A stretch of 64,000 bases of DNA, from contig CAVRCF010000002.1 in assembly GCA_963719505.1 (NCBI GenBank), positions 288,001-352,000 of the forward strand. The letters are read 5' to 3'. Below the pieces are notes generated by a model, which was given only the letters and a program-made list of their open reading frames with translations, was not told where the DNA came from and made no database searches. The translations under genes and the position numbers were made by a program. The DNA comes from Halobacteriovoraceae bacterium. GTDB lineage: Bacteria > Bdellovibrionota > Bacteriovoracia > Bacteriovoracales > Bacteriovoracaceae. Shown one piece after another: positions 1 to 9,874 of this stretch (the stretch's first letter is position 1; every line of letters starts with the position of its first letter).

Positions 1-1272
1 GCCAGAATTATTATGGAGCGAGCTGGTCTTGATTCTCTAGTGATTCACTCCGGAGAGCTTAAATATTTATTTGAAGATGATATGACCTATCCCTTTAAGG
101 CCAACCCTCTTTTTTTAGAATGGGTTCCCATTGTCGATAACCCAAATTGCTGGATTGTTATCGATAAGGCACAGAAGCCAAAACTTATCTTTTTTCAACC
201 AGTAGATTTTTGGCATTCTGTGCCTGAGGATCCAACTGATTACTGGGTCGATTCATTTGATTTTGTAAAACTGGCCAGTAAAGATGATGTTGATGATCTT
301 CTTCCTGGTGATAAATCAAAGTCGGTTTATTTAGGAGAGTTGACTGAGCTAGCGCAGTCTTTAGGTTTTACAAAAATCAACGACAAGAGTGTTCTCGATT
401 TTCTCTATTTTCACAGAGCTTACAAGACAGACTATCAAATGGACTGTTTACGGGAAGCCAGTCGAATCGGAGTTCTAGGTCACCAAGCGGCGAAAAAGGC
501 TTTTTTAAGTGGTTGTAGTGAATTTGAAATCCACCTCGAGTATCTAAGAGCTGTTGCTCAAACTCAAGAAGAGCTTCCTTACTCCCTTATTATGGGGATG
601 AATAAAAATGCAGCCGTTCTTCATTATCATGGCTTTGATAGAAAAAAATATTCTAAAGAGAATACACATTCATTTCTAATTGATGCAGGAGCTCGTTTTA
701 ATGGTTTTGCCTCTGATATCACAAGAACCTATGCCTTTCGTGATGGAGAGTTTAAAGACTTAATAAAGAGAATGACGACTGATCAAATTGAATTAGTAAA
801 AGCTTTAAAGCTTGGTGAAAGTTATGCTCAAGCCCATTATAAATCTTTAGAAGCGATTGCAAAAGTGTTGATCGATTTTGATTTTGTTCGTGCCTCGCAA
901 GAAGAATTACTAGAGAAAGATTTAGTAAAACCATTTTATCCTCACGGACTTGGTCATCATCTTGGTATTCAAGTCCATGATCTTGGATCAAATCTTCAGG
1001 ACGATAATGGAGTAAATGCTCCCAAGTCTGAAAAGTACCCCACTTTAAGGGCCACAAGAGTTCTCGAGCCTAGAATGGTGCACACAGTTGAGCCAGGACT
1101 TTATTTTATCGATAGTCTCCTTGATGAAGTCAAAAATAGTGATAACTCAAAGCTCTTTAATTGGTCTCGCATAGAAGAATTTAAAAAGTACGGCGGCATA
1201 AGAATTGAGGACGATGTTATTCTTCATTCTGACCGAATTGAGAATATGACAAGAGATCTTGGACTAGAGTAA
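1..1272 (+). CDS. pepQ: Xaa-Pro dipeptidase (prolidase); 5' end probably lies upstream of the window
   Basis: IHSGE...YPFKANP...W, DAGA..G.ASDITRT, PHGLGHHLGIQVHD, TVEPGLYF and GGIRIEDD M24B motifs closely match gammaproteobacterial-type PepQ. The frame is open back to base 1. Confidence 0.93.
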   Translation, partial: ARIIMERAGLDSLVIHSGELKYLFEDDMTYPFKANPLFLEWVPIVDNPNCWIVIDKAQKPKLIFFQPVDFWHSVPEDPTDYWVDSFDFVKLASKDDVDDLLPGDKSKSVYLGELTELAQSLGFTKINDKSVLDFLYFHRAYKTDYQMDCLREASRIGVLGHQAAKKAFLSGCSEFEIHLEYLRAVAQTQEELPYSLIMGMNKNAAVLHYHGFDRKKYSKENTHSFLIDAGARFNGFASDITRTYAFRDGEFKDLIKRMTTDQIELVKALKLGESYAQAHYKSLEAIAKVLIDFDFVRASQEELLEKDLVKPFYPHGLGHHLGIQVHDLGSNLQDDNGVNAPKSEKYPTLRATRVLEPRMVHTVEPGLYFIDSLLDEVKNSDNSKLFNWSRIEEFKKYGGIRIEDDVILHSDRIENMTRDLGLE

Positions 1273-1323
1273 AGGGCCACGATTACTTTTTAAATTTTCA
1301 ATCACTAGTCAAAAGGCTCATCT

Positions 1324-3057
1324 GTGTCGATTAAACAATTCTCAAAGCTTTTTAAACTCAGTAGACAAGAGTGGCCTCTTTTAATAAAAGGACTCATCTT
1401 TTTAGCGATTAGTAGCGCGGCTCTTCTTTTTTATCCATCGACGATTAAAAATATTATCGATCAAGCACTATCTGATAAAAACCAGACTCAGTTAAATCAT
1501 CTGGCCATTTTAGTTCTTGGTATCTTTATTATTCAATCAATTAGTTCCGCTCTCAGATACTACTTCTTCACCCTCGCTGGAGAAAAAACGGTGAAGAGAC
1601 TTAGAGGGACTTTATTTGGTCAAATCTTAGATCAAGAGATGCCTTTTTTTGACAGACAAAAAACAGGGGAATTAATCGGTCGTCTCTCAAGTGATACAGC
1701 AGTTATTCAAAATGCATTGAGCGTAAATATTTCTATGCTGGTGAGAAGTTTCGTTCAAGCCATTGGGGCGCTTGGGATGCTTTTTGTTACCTCAAGTAAG
1801 CTTGCAGCTTTTATTCTTCTTTTGGTTCCACCGATGGCTTTTATAGCTGCTCGCTTTGGAAAAAAAGTAAAGGCCATATCCAAAAAGACTCAAGACCGCC
1901 TGGCCCAATCAACAGCCGTGGCAGAAGAGGGAATTTCTGGAATAAGAACAGTTAAGGCTTTTGCACAAGAAGACTTTGAAAAAAGTCGCTATGAAAGTAA
2001 ACTTGAAGATTCTTTTCTTTTGTCAAAATCAAGAATCGTTGAAGTCGCAAAATTTAGTAATCTCGTCACTCTTTTGGGAATGACAGTTGTGGTTTTTATT
2101 ATTTGGTATGGTGGAACACTCGTTTTAAAAGGTGAACTCAGTGTCGGGACGCTCACTTCGTTTATCCTTTATGTGATGACTTTGTCGATGTCTGTTGGGA
2201 TGCTTGGGAGTTTGTGGACGGATTTTATGGCCGCACTTGGGGCCAGTAGTCGAATATTCGAGCTTCTTGAACTTCCTGTAAGCCCTATCATTAATAAAGA
2301 TGGTCTTGATGTCATAAATGAAGGGAATATTGAATTTAAAGATGTCTTTTTTTCTTATCCAGGAAGAGCGGATATCTCGGTTTTAAAAGGCGTGAGTTTT
2401 TCGGTGAAGGCAAATGAGACGGTAGCAATTGTGGGATCTTCCGGCGGAGGAAAATCTACTATAGCACAGTTAATGATGAATTTTTATGAACTCAGCAGTG
2501 GAGAGATAACTATTGATCACCATCCTATAAAGAACTATAAAACCAAAGCTCTTAGGGAATCTGTTGGTCTGGTTTCTCAAGAGCCGATTCTTATTTCCGA
2601 GTCCATTTACGATAATATCTGCTATTCAAATCCCAAGGCTTCAGAGCAGGAAGTTGAATCAGCTGCCAAGCTGGCTTTTGCCCATGACTTTATCGTAAAC
2701 TTCCCAGAAGGTTATAAGACCTTAGTAGGTGAGAAGGGAATTCAACTCTCTGGTGGGCAAAAACAAAGAATTGCTATTGCTAGGGCCATTTTAAAAGACC
2801 CTAAACTTCTTATTCTCGATGAAGCCACCAGTGCCCTGGATGCTGAAAGTGAATCGATTGTGCAAAAAGCACTGGATAATATTATGAGTCATCGCTCAAC
2901 GGTCGTGATCGCCCATAGGCTCTCAACTGTTAAAAAAGCCCATCGAATCCTTGTTTTAGATCGGGGAGTTATCTCACAAGAAGGCACTCACGAAGAACTC
3001 TTACAAAGTCCTAATGGGTTTTATAAAAAATTAATTGAACATCAGTTTGAAAAATAA
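1324..3057 (+). CDS. ABC exporter, fused TMD-NBD (MsbA/ABCB-like half transporter)
   Basis: Six-TM N-terminal domain, Walker A GSSGGGKST, signature LSGGQKQR, Walker B ILDEATSALD, H-loop AHRLST. GTG start. Confidence 0.92.
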   Translation: MSIKQFSKLFKLSRQEWPLLIKGLIFLAISSAALLFYPSTIKNIIDQALSDKNQTQLNHLAILVLGIFIIQSISSALRYYFFTLAGEKTVKRLRGTLFGQILDQEMPFFDRQKTGELIGRLSSDTAVIQNALSVNISMLVRSFVQAIGALGMLFVTSSKLAAFILLLVPPMAFIAARFGKKVKAISKKTQDRLAQSTAVAEEGISGIRTVKAFAQEDFEKSRYESKLEDSFLLSKSRIVEVAKFSNLVTLLGMTVVVFIIWYGGTLVLKGELSVGTLTSFILYVMTLSMSVGMLGSLWTDFMAALGASSRIFELLELPVSPIINKDGLDVINEGNIEFKDVFFSYPGRADISVLKGVSFSVKANETVAIVGSSGGGKSTIAQLMMNFYELSSGEITIDHHPIKNYKTKALRESVGLVSQEPILISESIYDNICYSNPKASEQEVESAAKLAFAHDFIVNFPEGYKTLVGEKGIQLSGGQKQRIAIARAILKDPKLLILDEATSALDAESESIVQKALDNIMSHRSTVVIAHRLSTVKKAHRILVLDRGVISQEGTHEELLQSPNGFYKKLIEHQFEK

Positions 3058-3067
3058 GGACTACAAA

Positions 3068-3409
3068 ATGCAAAGAAAAGTTTTAGAACATGAAAGTATG
3101 AGTCAGCCGGCTCTTGATAAAATCTACTCTTTTCATTCCGATGTGGTGGAACAAGTTATAGAAGCCGTATTACAGCACAAAGTTGTGGTCGTTGGTATGA
3201 GTGTTAACCCGGTAGTAAAGAAGGCCAAAAACCTTCTCCATCAAAAGGGGATGGAATATAAATATCTTGAGTACGGAAGTTATCTTGTGGGGTGGCATAA
3301 GAGGCTAGCGATAAAATTGTGGTCGGGATGGCCAACTTATCCGCAAATTTTTATAGATGGAAAGCTTATTGGTGGATTTACGGAATTAAAAGACAAGCTC
3401 TCTGAGTAA
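3068..3409 (+). CDS. Glutaredoxin-fold protein lacking any cysteine
   Basis: SGWPTYPQIFIDGKLIGG is the Grx4-like cis-Pro/GG motif. Start moved to ATG 3068 after SD AGGA. No Cys in the translation. Confidence 0.8.
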   Translation: MQRKVLEHESMSQPALDKIYSFHSDVVEQVIEAVLQHKVVVVGMSVNPVVKKAKNLLHQKGMEYKYLEYGSYLVGWHKRLAIKLWSGWPTYPQIFIDGKLIGGFTELKDKLSE

Positions 3410-3414
3410 GAGCT

Positions 3415-3876
3415 TTATCTTTTGACGACTTTCACACCTCGGGCCAAAAAGCTGTATTCAAAAGTAGAACTTGTTACAGCTTCTATCTGGGCTTTTGAGG
3501 CGCCTGCATCCTCAAGGTAGTGGCGAGTATCAGCAATAGAGACTTCTTTACGAGAGATCTCTCCATCTAGCCACACCGTTTTTCCAATAAGGCTTAGGGG
3601 AACAAAAAACTTATAGTCTTTAAACTTTACCCTTAAATCACCCTTGGCTCCTTTGAGTATCATCCAGCATCCTTTGGATGTGCAGACTTTATCGACTTGA
3701 GCTTCCATAACGAGATTTTTATTTTTGTATTTTGAAAATTCTGCAACGACTGACTCAACCTCAATCGCCTTTGGTGCAGTTATCTTCTCGCCGTAAAAAG
3801 GTTTCTCACTCACTGTGTTTTTGGCCACAGCATTAAACGACAAAAGGATTAGAAAAAGGTATTTCATTGTTTTCAT
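3415..3876 (-). CDS. Secreted DUF4920-like protein (OB-fold-like, CxxKGCW motif)
   Basis: Signal peptide, then VCTSKGCWM...RVKFKDY.FFVP...H YLEDAG. Start trimmed to the first ATG after the bfr stop. Confidence 0.75.
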   Translation of the reverse strand: MKTMKYLFLILLSFNAVAKNTVSEKPFYGEKITAPKAIEVESVVAEFSKYKNKNLVMEAQVDKVCTSKGCWMILKGAKGDLRVKFKDYKFFVPLSLIGKTVWLDGEISRKEVSIADTRHYLEDAGASKAQIEAVTSSTFEYSFLARGVKVVKR

Positions 3877-3886
3877 TCTTTTTTTC

Positions 3887-4354
3887 CTACATTTGAGATT
3901 GGTAATAGTTTTGCTCACCAACTTTTTCAATAAGACCAAGCTGGATTTCAATCCACTTGATGTGATCTTCTTCAGTATCTTTTAAAAGAGTGAGAAGAAT
4001 ATTTCTTGTTTCATAATCTTTTTCTGTTTCACATAAACTTATGAGGTCTTTGAGCTGGGCACAGTTTTCAAGTTCATACTTTAAAGACTGCTCAAGCATC
4101 CCTTTGACACTCATGTCGACTTTGAATCCCTCTCTTGAAGCAACATCAGGTTGTCCTTCTAGAAATAAAATTCTTTTAATAACCATATCGGCATGCAGGC
4201 CTTCGTGATCTTTTTCACCATTAATATGAGCATATAGTTTTGTTAAACCCCAGTCTTCATAAATACGAGAATGTAAAAAGTAGATATCCACTGATGTTAA
4301 TTCTTTGGTGAGAAGCTTATTTAAACCATCAATTATTTTTTTATTTCCCTGCAT
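3887..4354 (-). CDS. bfr: Bacterioferritin-family iron storage protein (BfrA/FtnA-like, no heme-ligand Met)
   Basis: EL...YFLHSR.YEDWG, E..HAD..IKRILFLEG.P, DTEEDH..W...QLGLI. Confidence 0.9.
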   Translation of the reverse strand: MQGNKKIIDGLNKLLTKELTSVDIYFLHSRIYEDWGLTKLYAHINGEKDHEGLHADMVIKRILFLEGQPDVASREGFKVDMSVKGMLEQSLKYELENCAQLKDLISLCETEKDYETRNILLTLLKDTEEDHIKWIEIQLGLIEKVGEQNYYQSQM

Positions 4355-4399
4355 TTTGAATCCTTTCTTTTAAGTTTAACATTTTTATTTCAGATGGCA

Positions 4400-7300
4400 T
4401 TAAGCTTTTCGATAACTTTGTATCTTTCTAAGGTATGTCTGCGGTGCATTTAAATAGTAAGCACCTGAATAGACGAGCCACTCATAGATTTTTGTTGGCG
4501 CGATATCAGGTTTTTTATCAATGACATCATAGGCAAAACAATGAAACTTTTGACCATTGTCGTCATAGGCGTCAATTTCAATTCTCTGGTAACCATTGTC
4601 ATCGCACTCAATTTTATCTAAAAAGGCGAGGTCATAGTCGTCGATACTGATCACAAGGCCATAGACTTCATGGCCAGAAGCTTCATACATATCGGCCACG
4701 CCACCGCCTCGGATATCAGAATAGCGAGTATAGCGAATTTCTTTATCGAGCACTTTTGCCTTACAGATAAGTTCTGAACTTGGACAACGATTTTTTATTT
4801 GTGAAAGATCCATGTTTGAGCCAAAACCAAAAACAAGATTTTTTAAAATGGGTTTACTCTTTGCATATCCGCCGCCTCCAGGAGTGCTAATGAAGATAGC
4901 TTCATCCGTCAAAAAGTCCCTTTGAAAACTCTCTGGAAGTTCAATAAGTTTTCCCGCCTCTTCAATTTGATTAAGCCCTCTTTTTGCCATGCCTCCGCCT
5001 TTTATTCCATGAGGAGGAATTTCTCTGGCCTGAGTCAGCATGCTCACTTGCATAGGTTCTAAAAATCGTAGACGTCTGTATATTCCATCGCCACCGTTAA
5101 ATTGTCCTGCACCACCACTTCCATGTCTAATCGCCATCAGCTCCAGTCTAACCGGATAGCGCATCTCTAAAACTTCAGGGTCTGTTAATAGGGAGTTGGT
5201 CATATTGACTTGAACAGCTGAGGCACCATGATTTGTTTGAGAGGCCCCACTTCCTCCGCCAATCGTTTCATAGTACTGATGGTTATCATTTCCAAAAGTT
5301 AAATTATTCATTGTCCCCTGACAGTGGGCTTTTATGTCGAGGACTTCAAAAATGACGTCACATAGGGCTTGAGATGTTTCTACATTCCCCGCCACGATGG
5401 CGCTATCAAGACTGGGGGACAGCAGGCTATCTTTAGGAATAAGAAGCTCCACGGCCTGCATGATTCCATTATTGAGGGGAATATTCTCATTGATCAAGCA
5501 GCGCAGACAAAAAAGTAATGTGGCTTTAACAACCGGTATAGGAGCATTAAAATTATTATCTTGAATAGGAGAGGTCCCATTGAAATCAAAGATAAACTTA
5601 TCCTGTGACTTTTTAATCTCTAAAGTAATTTGTCTTTGGTCGGTGATATGTTTAGTAATTTTTTTGGGTTTAATATCTTTTAGCGCCAATTGAATTTTTT
5701 TAAAAGAGTAGGACAGAATCTCGTTAGACATTGTGTCGAGATAATCACTGCCATAGAGTTTCGCGAGATCTTTAATCTCTTGTGCCCCTTTTAAATTAGC
5801 AGAGAGCTTGGCCTGTATATCGTGCTTATTGAGTTGGTAGTTTCTAACGGGGTACTCAACTTGCGTGAGAATACTTTTTAATTTTTCTTTGTTTAGTTTT
5901 CCAAAATCAGAAATCAAAGTTGGGGCAATCACCACGCCCTCTTCGGAGAGTTTTTTGCTATCTCCTGGCATTGAGCCCGGAGTGGTTCCGCCAATATCAG
6001 CGTGATGTCCTCTTGAAGCCACCCACATAATGAGTTTATTGTTTTCAAAAATAGGGGTTATAATTGTAATATCTGGTAGGTGAGTTCCTCCATAATGGGG
6101 AGAGTTTGTAATAAAACTATCACCTTCTTTGAAAGAGAAATCTTTTATCAGTGACTTTACAGCATCTCCCATGGATCCCAAATGAACAGGGATATGAGGA
6201 GCATTGGCCACAAGTTCTCCCCCAGCAGTGAAAAGAGCGCAAGAGAAGTCCGCCCTCTCTTTTATATTAACGGAACGTGCGAGCTTTTGAAGACTTTGTC
6301 CCATCTGCTCTGCGATAAATTGAAAGCGCTGATAAAAAATTTCAAGCTCAACGGCTTTATCTCTTTTTTGCGCTTTATTTTTTGTTTCAATATTTTGTAT
6401 TTTCCATGAACCGTCACTAAAGTTTTTCGCCTGCCAGCCGCGCTCCACAATAATGGAGGTGTTATTTTCGGCCAAGGAATGAAAACCATTTATTTCCTTT
6501 TCAGGATTGGATGGAAGATTTACAGGTTGAGTTACAGACTTTAAAATCCTGACACTAATTGTTTCGCACTCAACCTGTGTTGGCGCTTCAAGTCCGAAAG
6601 TTCTCTCATATTCTTTTTGAAAAAGAGTTTTTGCAGACTCTAAGTTTTCAGCTTTTATGGGGATTTCGTGATCACTTCCAATGGATTTAAGCATGAAAAT
6701 ATTTTCAAAACTAAATTCAGAAAAAGCAAAGGCGCCCTTCGCTCTCTCTCGAAGGACTTTATGTCCCACCTCAAGCTTATCGCTAAAGACCATTGCATGA
6801 TCGGCCACGCCGATGCCATAAGCTGATAAAACGGCGCTGAAGGGGTGAGTGAAGACTTCTTTTATACTGAGGCTTTCAGCAACTTTTATCGCAAGTTGCC
6901 CACCGGCTCCACCAAAACTGACCAGACAGAAATCTTGGGGATCAAAGCCCGACTCAATAGAGACTTTCCTAATCGCGCGAGACATGGTCTCCACAGCAAC
7001 ATCTAAAAATCCCTGGGCAATATCTTTGGGATCCATTTGGGTGGTTAAAGAAAGCTCTTGGAATTTTTCTTCAACGATTTTTATATCTAATCCTTGATCT
7101 CTTTTTGGTCCAAAGACTTTTGGAAACTTTTCTGGATCAAGACGCTTTAAAAAAAGATTGGCATCAGTGACAGTAAGGGGACCACCATTTCTGTAACAAG
7201 CAGGTCCTGGGTAGGCACCGGCTGAATCAGGTCCCACGATAAAGCGTCCATGATCAATGGATAAAACGGATCCACCACCAGCGGCAACCGTATGAATGTC

Positions 7301-8233
7301 GGCCATCGGGGTGAGAAGTTTATGGCCGTAAAAATTTGGTTCAGAATTAATTTTTAAATCCCCATGATAGAGGGCCACATCAGTTGAGGTACCACCCATA
7401 TCAAAAGTGATAATTTTATCTATTCCCTTATCTTTTGCCGCTTTGATAGCGCCAATTAATCCTCCAGCAGGACCAGACAAAAGAGCGCTGTAGCCTTTTA
7501 AGTCTTCACCTCGACAAAGACTTCCATCCGATTGCATATAGTAGATATTTTCAATTCCTAAAAGGTTAGATAGCTCACTGGTGTATTGCTGTAAAAAGGG
7601 AGTGAGATAACTATCGATCACGGTGGTCTCGGTGCGACTAATATATTTTGCTTTAGGACTAACCTCACAGGAGACACTGACAAAATCAAATCCCATCTCA
7701 GTGGCCAATTCTTTTAGCGCCATTTCATGTTGAGGATTTACTGTTGAGTGCATCAAAGAGATGGCCAGTGATTTTATCCCAAGGTCAAGAATTCTTTGAA
7801 ACTCAAAACGAGCGATATCTAAATCTAGAGGAATAAGCACTTTACCATTAGCATCCATTCTTCCTTGAATATGTGTGACTTCTTTATAGAGAGGTTTTTT
7901 CTTTTTTATATCAATAGCAAAAAGATCATCTCTATTTTGTTGTTTAATCTCTAAAACATCTCGGTGACCTAAAGTGGTGACAAGCGCACAGTCGATCCCT
8001 TTTTTTTCTAAGAAGGCATTTGTTGCGATAGTCGTTCCAAGTCTGAGCTCTTTGATACTGTCTTTGAAGTTATTGTGTCCAAGGATATCTTCAATGCCCT
8101 GAGCGACGACTGATTTGTAGTGGGGGGATTTTGACAGGAGCTTATGCACCTTGTGCGCTCCAGCATTGTTTACCGCAATAATATCGGTGAAGGTTCCTCC
8201 GCAGTCAATCCAGAATGTCCATTGATCTTTCAT
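4400..8233 (-). CDS. ATP-dependent 5-oxoprolinase (hydantoinase A+B fused) with C-terminal gamma-glutamylcyclotransferase domain
   Basis: IDCGGTFTD, SGPAGG, FDMGGTSTD, HTVAAGGGS, NIKERADFSCA, HIPVHLGS, GGTHLPD and TPGGGGY. The final ~145 aa carry FGFGSNM...GGGVAD...VYG...LDKIE...GY.R (GGCT fold). Confidence 0.9.
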   Translation of the reverse strand: MKDQWTFWIDCGGTFTDIIAVNNAGAHKVHKLLSKSPHYKSVVAQGIEDILGHNNFKDSIKELRLGTTIATNAFLEKKGIDCALVTTLGHRDVLEIKQQNRDDLFAIDIKKKKPLYKEVTHIQGRMDANGKVLIPLDLDIARFEFQRILDLGIKSLAISLMHSTVNPQHEMALKELATEMGFDFVSVSCEVSPKAKYISRTETTVIDSYLTPFLQQYTSELSNLLGIENIYYMQSDGSLCRGEDLKGYSALLSGPAGGLIGAIKAAKDKGIDKIITFDMGGTSTDVALYHGDLKINSEPNFYGHKLLTPMADIHTVAAGGGSVLSIDHGRFIVGPDSAGAYPGPACYRNGGPLTVTDANLFLKRLDPEKFPKVFGPKRDQGLDIKIVEEKFQELSLTTQMDPKDIAQGFLDVAVETMSRAIRKVSIESGFDPQDFCLVSFGGAGGQLAIKVAESLSIKEVFTHPFSAVLSAYGIGVADHAMVFSDKLEVGHKVLRERAKGAFAFSEFSFENIFMLKSIGSDHEIPIKAENLESAKTLFQKEYERTFGLEAPTQVECETISVRILKSVTQPVNLPSNPEKEINGFHSLAENNTSIIVERGWQAKNFSDGSWKIQNIETKNKAQKRDKAVELEIFYQRFQFIAEQMGQSLQKLARSVNIKERADFSCALFTAGGELVANAPHIPVHLGSMGDAVKSLIKDFSFKEGDSFITNSPHYGGTHLPDITIITPIFENNKLIMWVASRGHHADIGGTTPGSMPGDSKKLSEEGVVIAPTLISDFGKLNKEKLKSILTQVEYPVRNYQLNKHDIQAKLSANLKGAQEIKDLAKLYGSDYLDTMSNEILSYSFKKIQLALKDIKPKKITKHITDQRQITLEIKKSQDKFIFDFNGTSPIQDNNFNAPIPVVKATLLFCLRCLINENIPLNNGIMQAVELLIPKDSLLSPSLDSAIVAGNVETSQALCDVIFEVLDIKAHCQGTMNNLTFGNDNHQYYETIGGGSGASQTNHGASAVQVNMTNSLLTDPEVLEMRYPVRLELMAIRHGSGGAGQFNGGDGIYRRLRFLEPMQVSMLTQAREIPPHGIKGGGMAKRGLNQIEEAGKLIELPESFQRDFLTDEAIFISTPGGGGYAKSKPILKNLVFGFGSNMDLSQIKNRCPSSELICKAKVLDKEIRYTRYSDIRGGGVADMYEASGHEVYGLVISIDDYDLAFLDKIECDDNGYQRIEIDAYDDNGQKFHCFAYDVIDKKPDIAPTKIYEWLVYSGAYYLNAPQTYLRKIQSYRKA

Positions 8234-8239
8234 GCAACT

Positions 8240-8268
8240 ATCTTAAGGCCCAAAAGAGGGATTGTCTA
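8240..8268 (-). promoter_or_regulatory. Putative sigma70 promoter directly before the oxoprolinase ATG (leaderless)
   Basis: Minus strand TAGACA-N17-TAAGAT-N6-ATG. Confidence 0.5.
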
Positions 8269-8285
8269 AAATTTGGGGGGCTCTT

Positions 8286-9149
8286 TTACTGTGACCAGAT
8301 ATTTAAAAATCTAAAGATCTCGTCATAAACTGTCTGACTTGTTTCATTCATATTCTTTTTATTGATAGCAACAGAGATTGTGTGGAGGCCTAATTTAAAA
8401 CTTGAAAACTCCTCATCTTGCACCATCATCCCTTTGGCCACACTTTGATAGGCCACCTTGGTAGGAATAAGACCCACTCCTAAGCCTGAATTGATAAGAC
8501 TTACGACTGTTTCAAGGTTTTCACAGATATGGTGATGAGGAAAACTTTTTAAGATGCTGGTGGTGTCTTGCTCAATACTTTGGGGAAAAAGAATAAGATG
8601 ATCTTTAAATTGTGGTGCTAGTGACTTACTTCTGTAAAAAGAGAAGTGATCTTCATAGACAACTTTGGAGATGATATTTTTATCCGTTATTGCTCCTACG
8701 TAAACGGCTAAATCAATCTCCATCTTCTTTAACTTTTTTATAATCTGAGCACTTCTGGTGGTGTAGAGGGAGAGTTCAAGGTCAGAACTTAAAGTTTTTA
8801 AATATTTGATGAAGTCAGGGAAAAAGTATCTTGAGATACTATCGTAAGTTCCAACGCTAATTTGTCCTTTGAGGCTCGTTTGTTGTGACTTTAAGGTAAA
8901 TTCAAACTTGTCTGTTTGATTGAGAAAATCCTTACTAAAGTCATAAACTCTCTGGCCTTCAGCGGTCATCTCAATCCCTTTTTGTGATCGAACAATGAGC
9001 TGGGTGCCAAGTATTTCTTCTAACTGTTTGATGACTTTAGTCATTTGAGGTTGGCCTATTTTAGCAGCTCGAGCACCTTGGCTAATGGAACCTTTTTCAA
9101 TAGCTAAAACATAGTAGTTCAGTTTTTCAATATGATCTCTCAGTCTCAC
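8286..9149 (-). CDS. LysR-family transcriptional regulator
   Basis: N-terminal HTH GSISQGAR..IGQPQMTKVIKQLE..LG..L..R, followed by a substrate-binding domain. GTG start. Confidence 0.9.
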   Translation of the reverse strand: MRLRDHIEKLNYYVLAIEKGSISQGARAAKIGQPQMTKVIKQLEEILGTQLIVRSQKGIEMTAEGQRVYDFSKDFLNQTDKFEFTLKSQQTSLKGQISVGTYDSISRYFFPDFIKYLKTLSSDLELSLYTTRSAQIIKKLKKMEIDLAVYVGAITDKNIISKVVYEDHFSFYRSKSLAPQFKDHLILFPQSIEQDTTSILKSFPHHHICENLETVVSLINSGLGVGLIPTKVAYQSVAKGMMVQDEEFSSFKLGLHTISVAINKKNMNETSQTVYDEIFRFLNIWSQ

Positions 9150-9219
9150 ACAAGCCTTCTTTTTTGTATTCGTTAAAAGAATGTACCTGTATCACTTTTA
9201 AAAGAGCATTAGCAATAAT

Positions 9220-9265
9220 AAAAAAAGATCGCTTAAATCTAAAACTTAGAGGCGATCATTTTTTT
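9220..9265 (-). terminator. Intrinsic terminator-like hairpin after the pyridoxamine-oxidase-like gene
   Basis: GATCGC..TCTAA-aac-TTAGA.GCGATC stem flanked by A7 and T7 runs. Confidence 0.55.
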
Positions 9266-9276
9266 ATCATTTAATT

Positions 9277-9747
9277 TTAAAACGTTTCGTGTTCGGTCAC
9301 ATCAGGTGTTTTAGAGCTGTGAATCGATTTTTTCACTTCCTCTTTAAAAGTTTCTTTGTCGACCTTCCTGTCCCAGTGTTCTCCATGATCAACTTTCATC
9401 TCAATAAGAGCAACATTTTCTTCATCTTCATACCAAGCACTGGCGTAATCGTTCCAAAGTTTCGAAGTCAAATTGCTATTGGAAACAAGTTTTGCTTCCC
9501 CAGACATGGAAACAAACGTTCCATCTTTTGGGCAAGAAAATGTAATATTGGCACTTTTATGATCGCTCAAAAGAGCTGCTTGAGATGATTTTTTATTGGT
9601 GAAAAACCAAAGCTTGTTGTCGTAATCATTTTGAATGATCTGCATGGGTCTTGTGTCTAGATGAGTCTTATCTTGAATGGTTAACATCCCCACACCGATT
9701 GGATTAATTAAGTTCCAGATTTTTTCTTTGTGAGCTTTTGTTCCCAT
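9277..9747 (-). CDS. Pyridoxamine 5'-phosphate oxidase-like FMN-binding split-barrel protein (general stress protein 26 type)
   Basis: GMLT...TRPM...LWFFT...FVSMSG.A...LW...AWY...EHWD. SD AAGGAG. Confidence 0.8.
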   Translation of the reverse strand: MGTKAHKEKIWNLINPIGVGMLTIQDKTHLDTRPMQIIQNDYDNKLWFFTNKKSSQAALLSDHKSANITFSCPKDGTFVSMSGEAKLVSNSNLTSKLWNDYASAWYEDEENVALIEMKVDHGEHWDRKVDKETFKEEVKKSIHSSKTPDVTEHETF

Positions 9748-9874
9748 TTTATTCTCCTTGGTTGTTTTAAGTTATTACAACCTTATAAGAGGACTGGGAG
9801 TGATTCAAGCCAACAGGTTAAATGTGTACAAAACTACGAAAGGTCTAAATTAAAGAAATATATCGATAGAGTTT

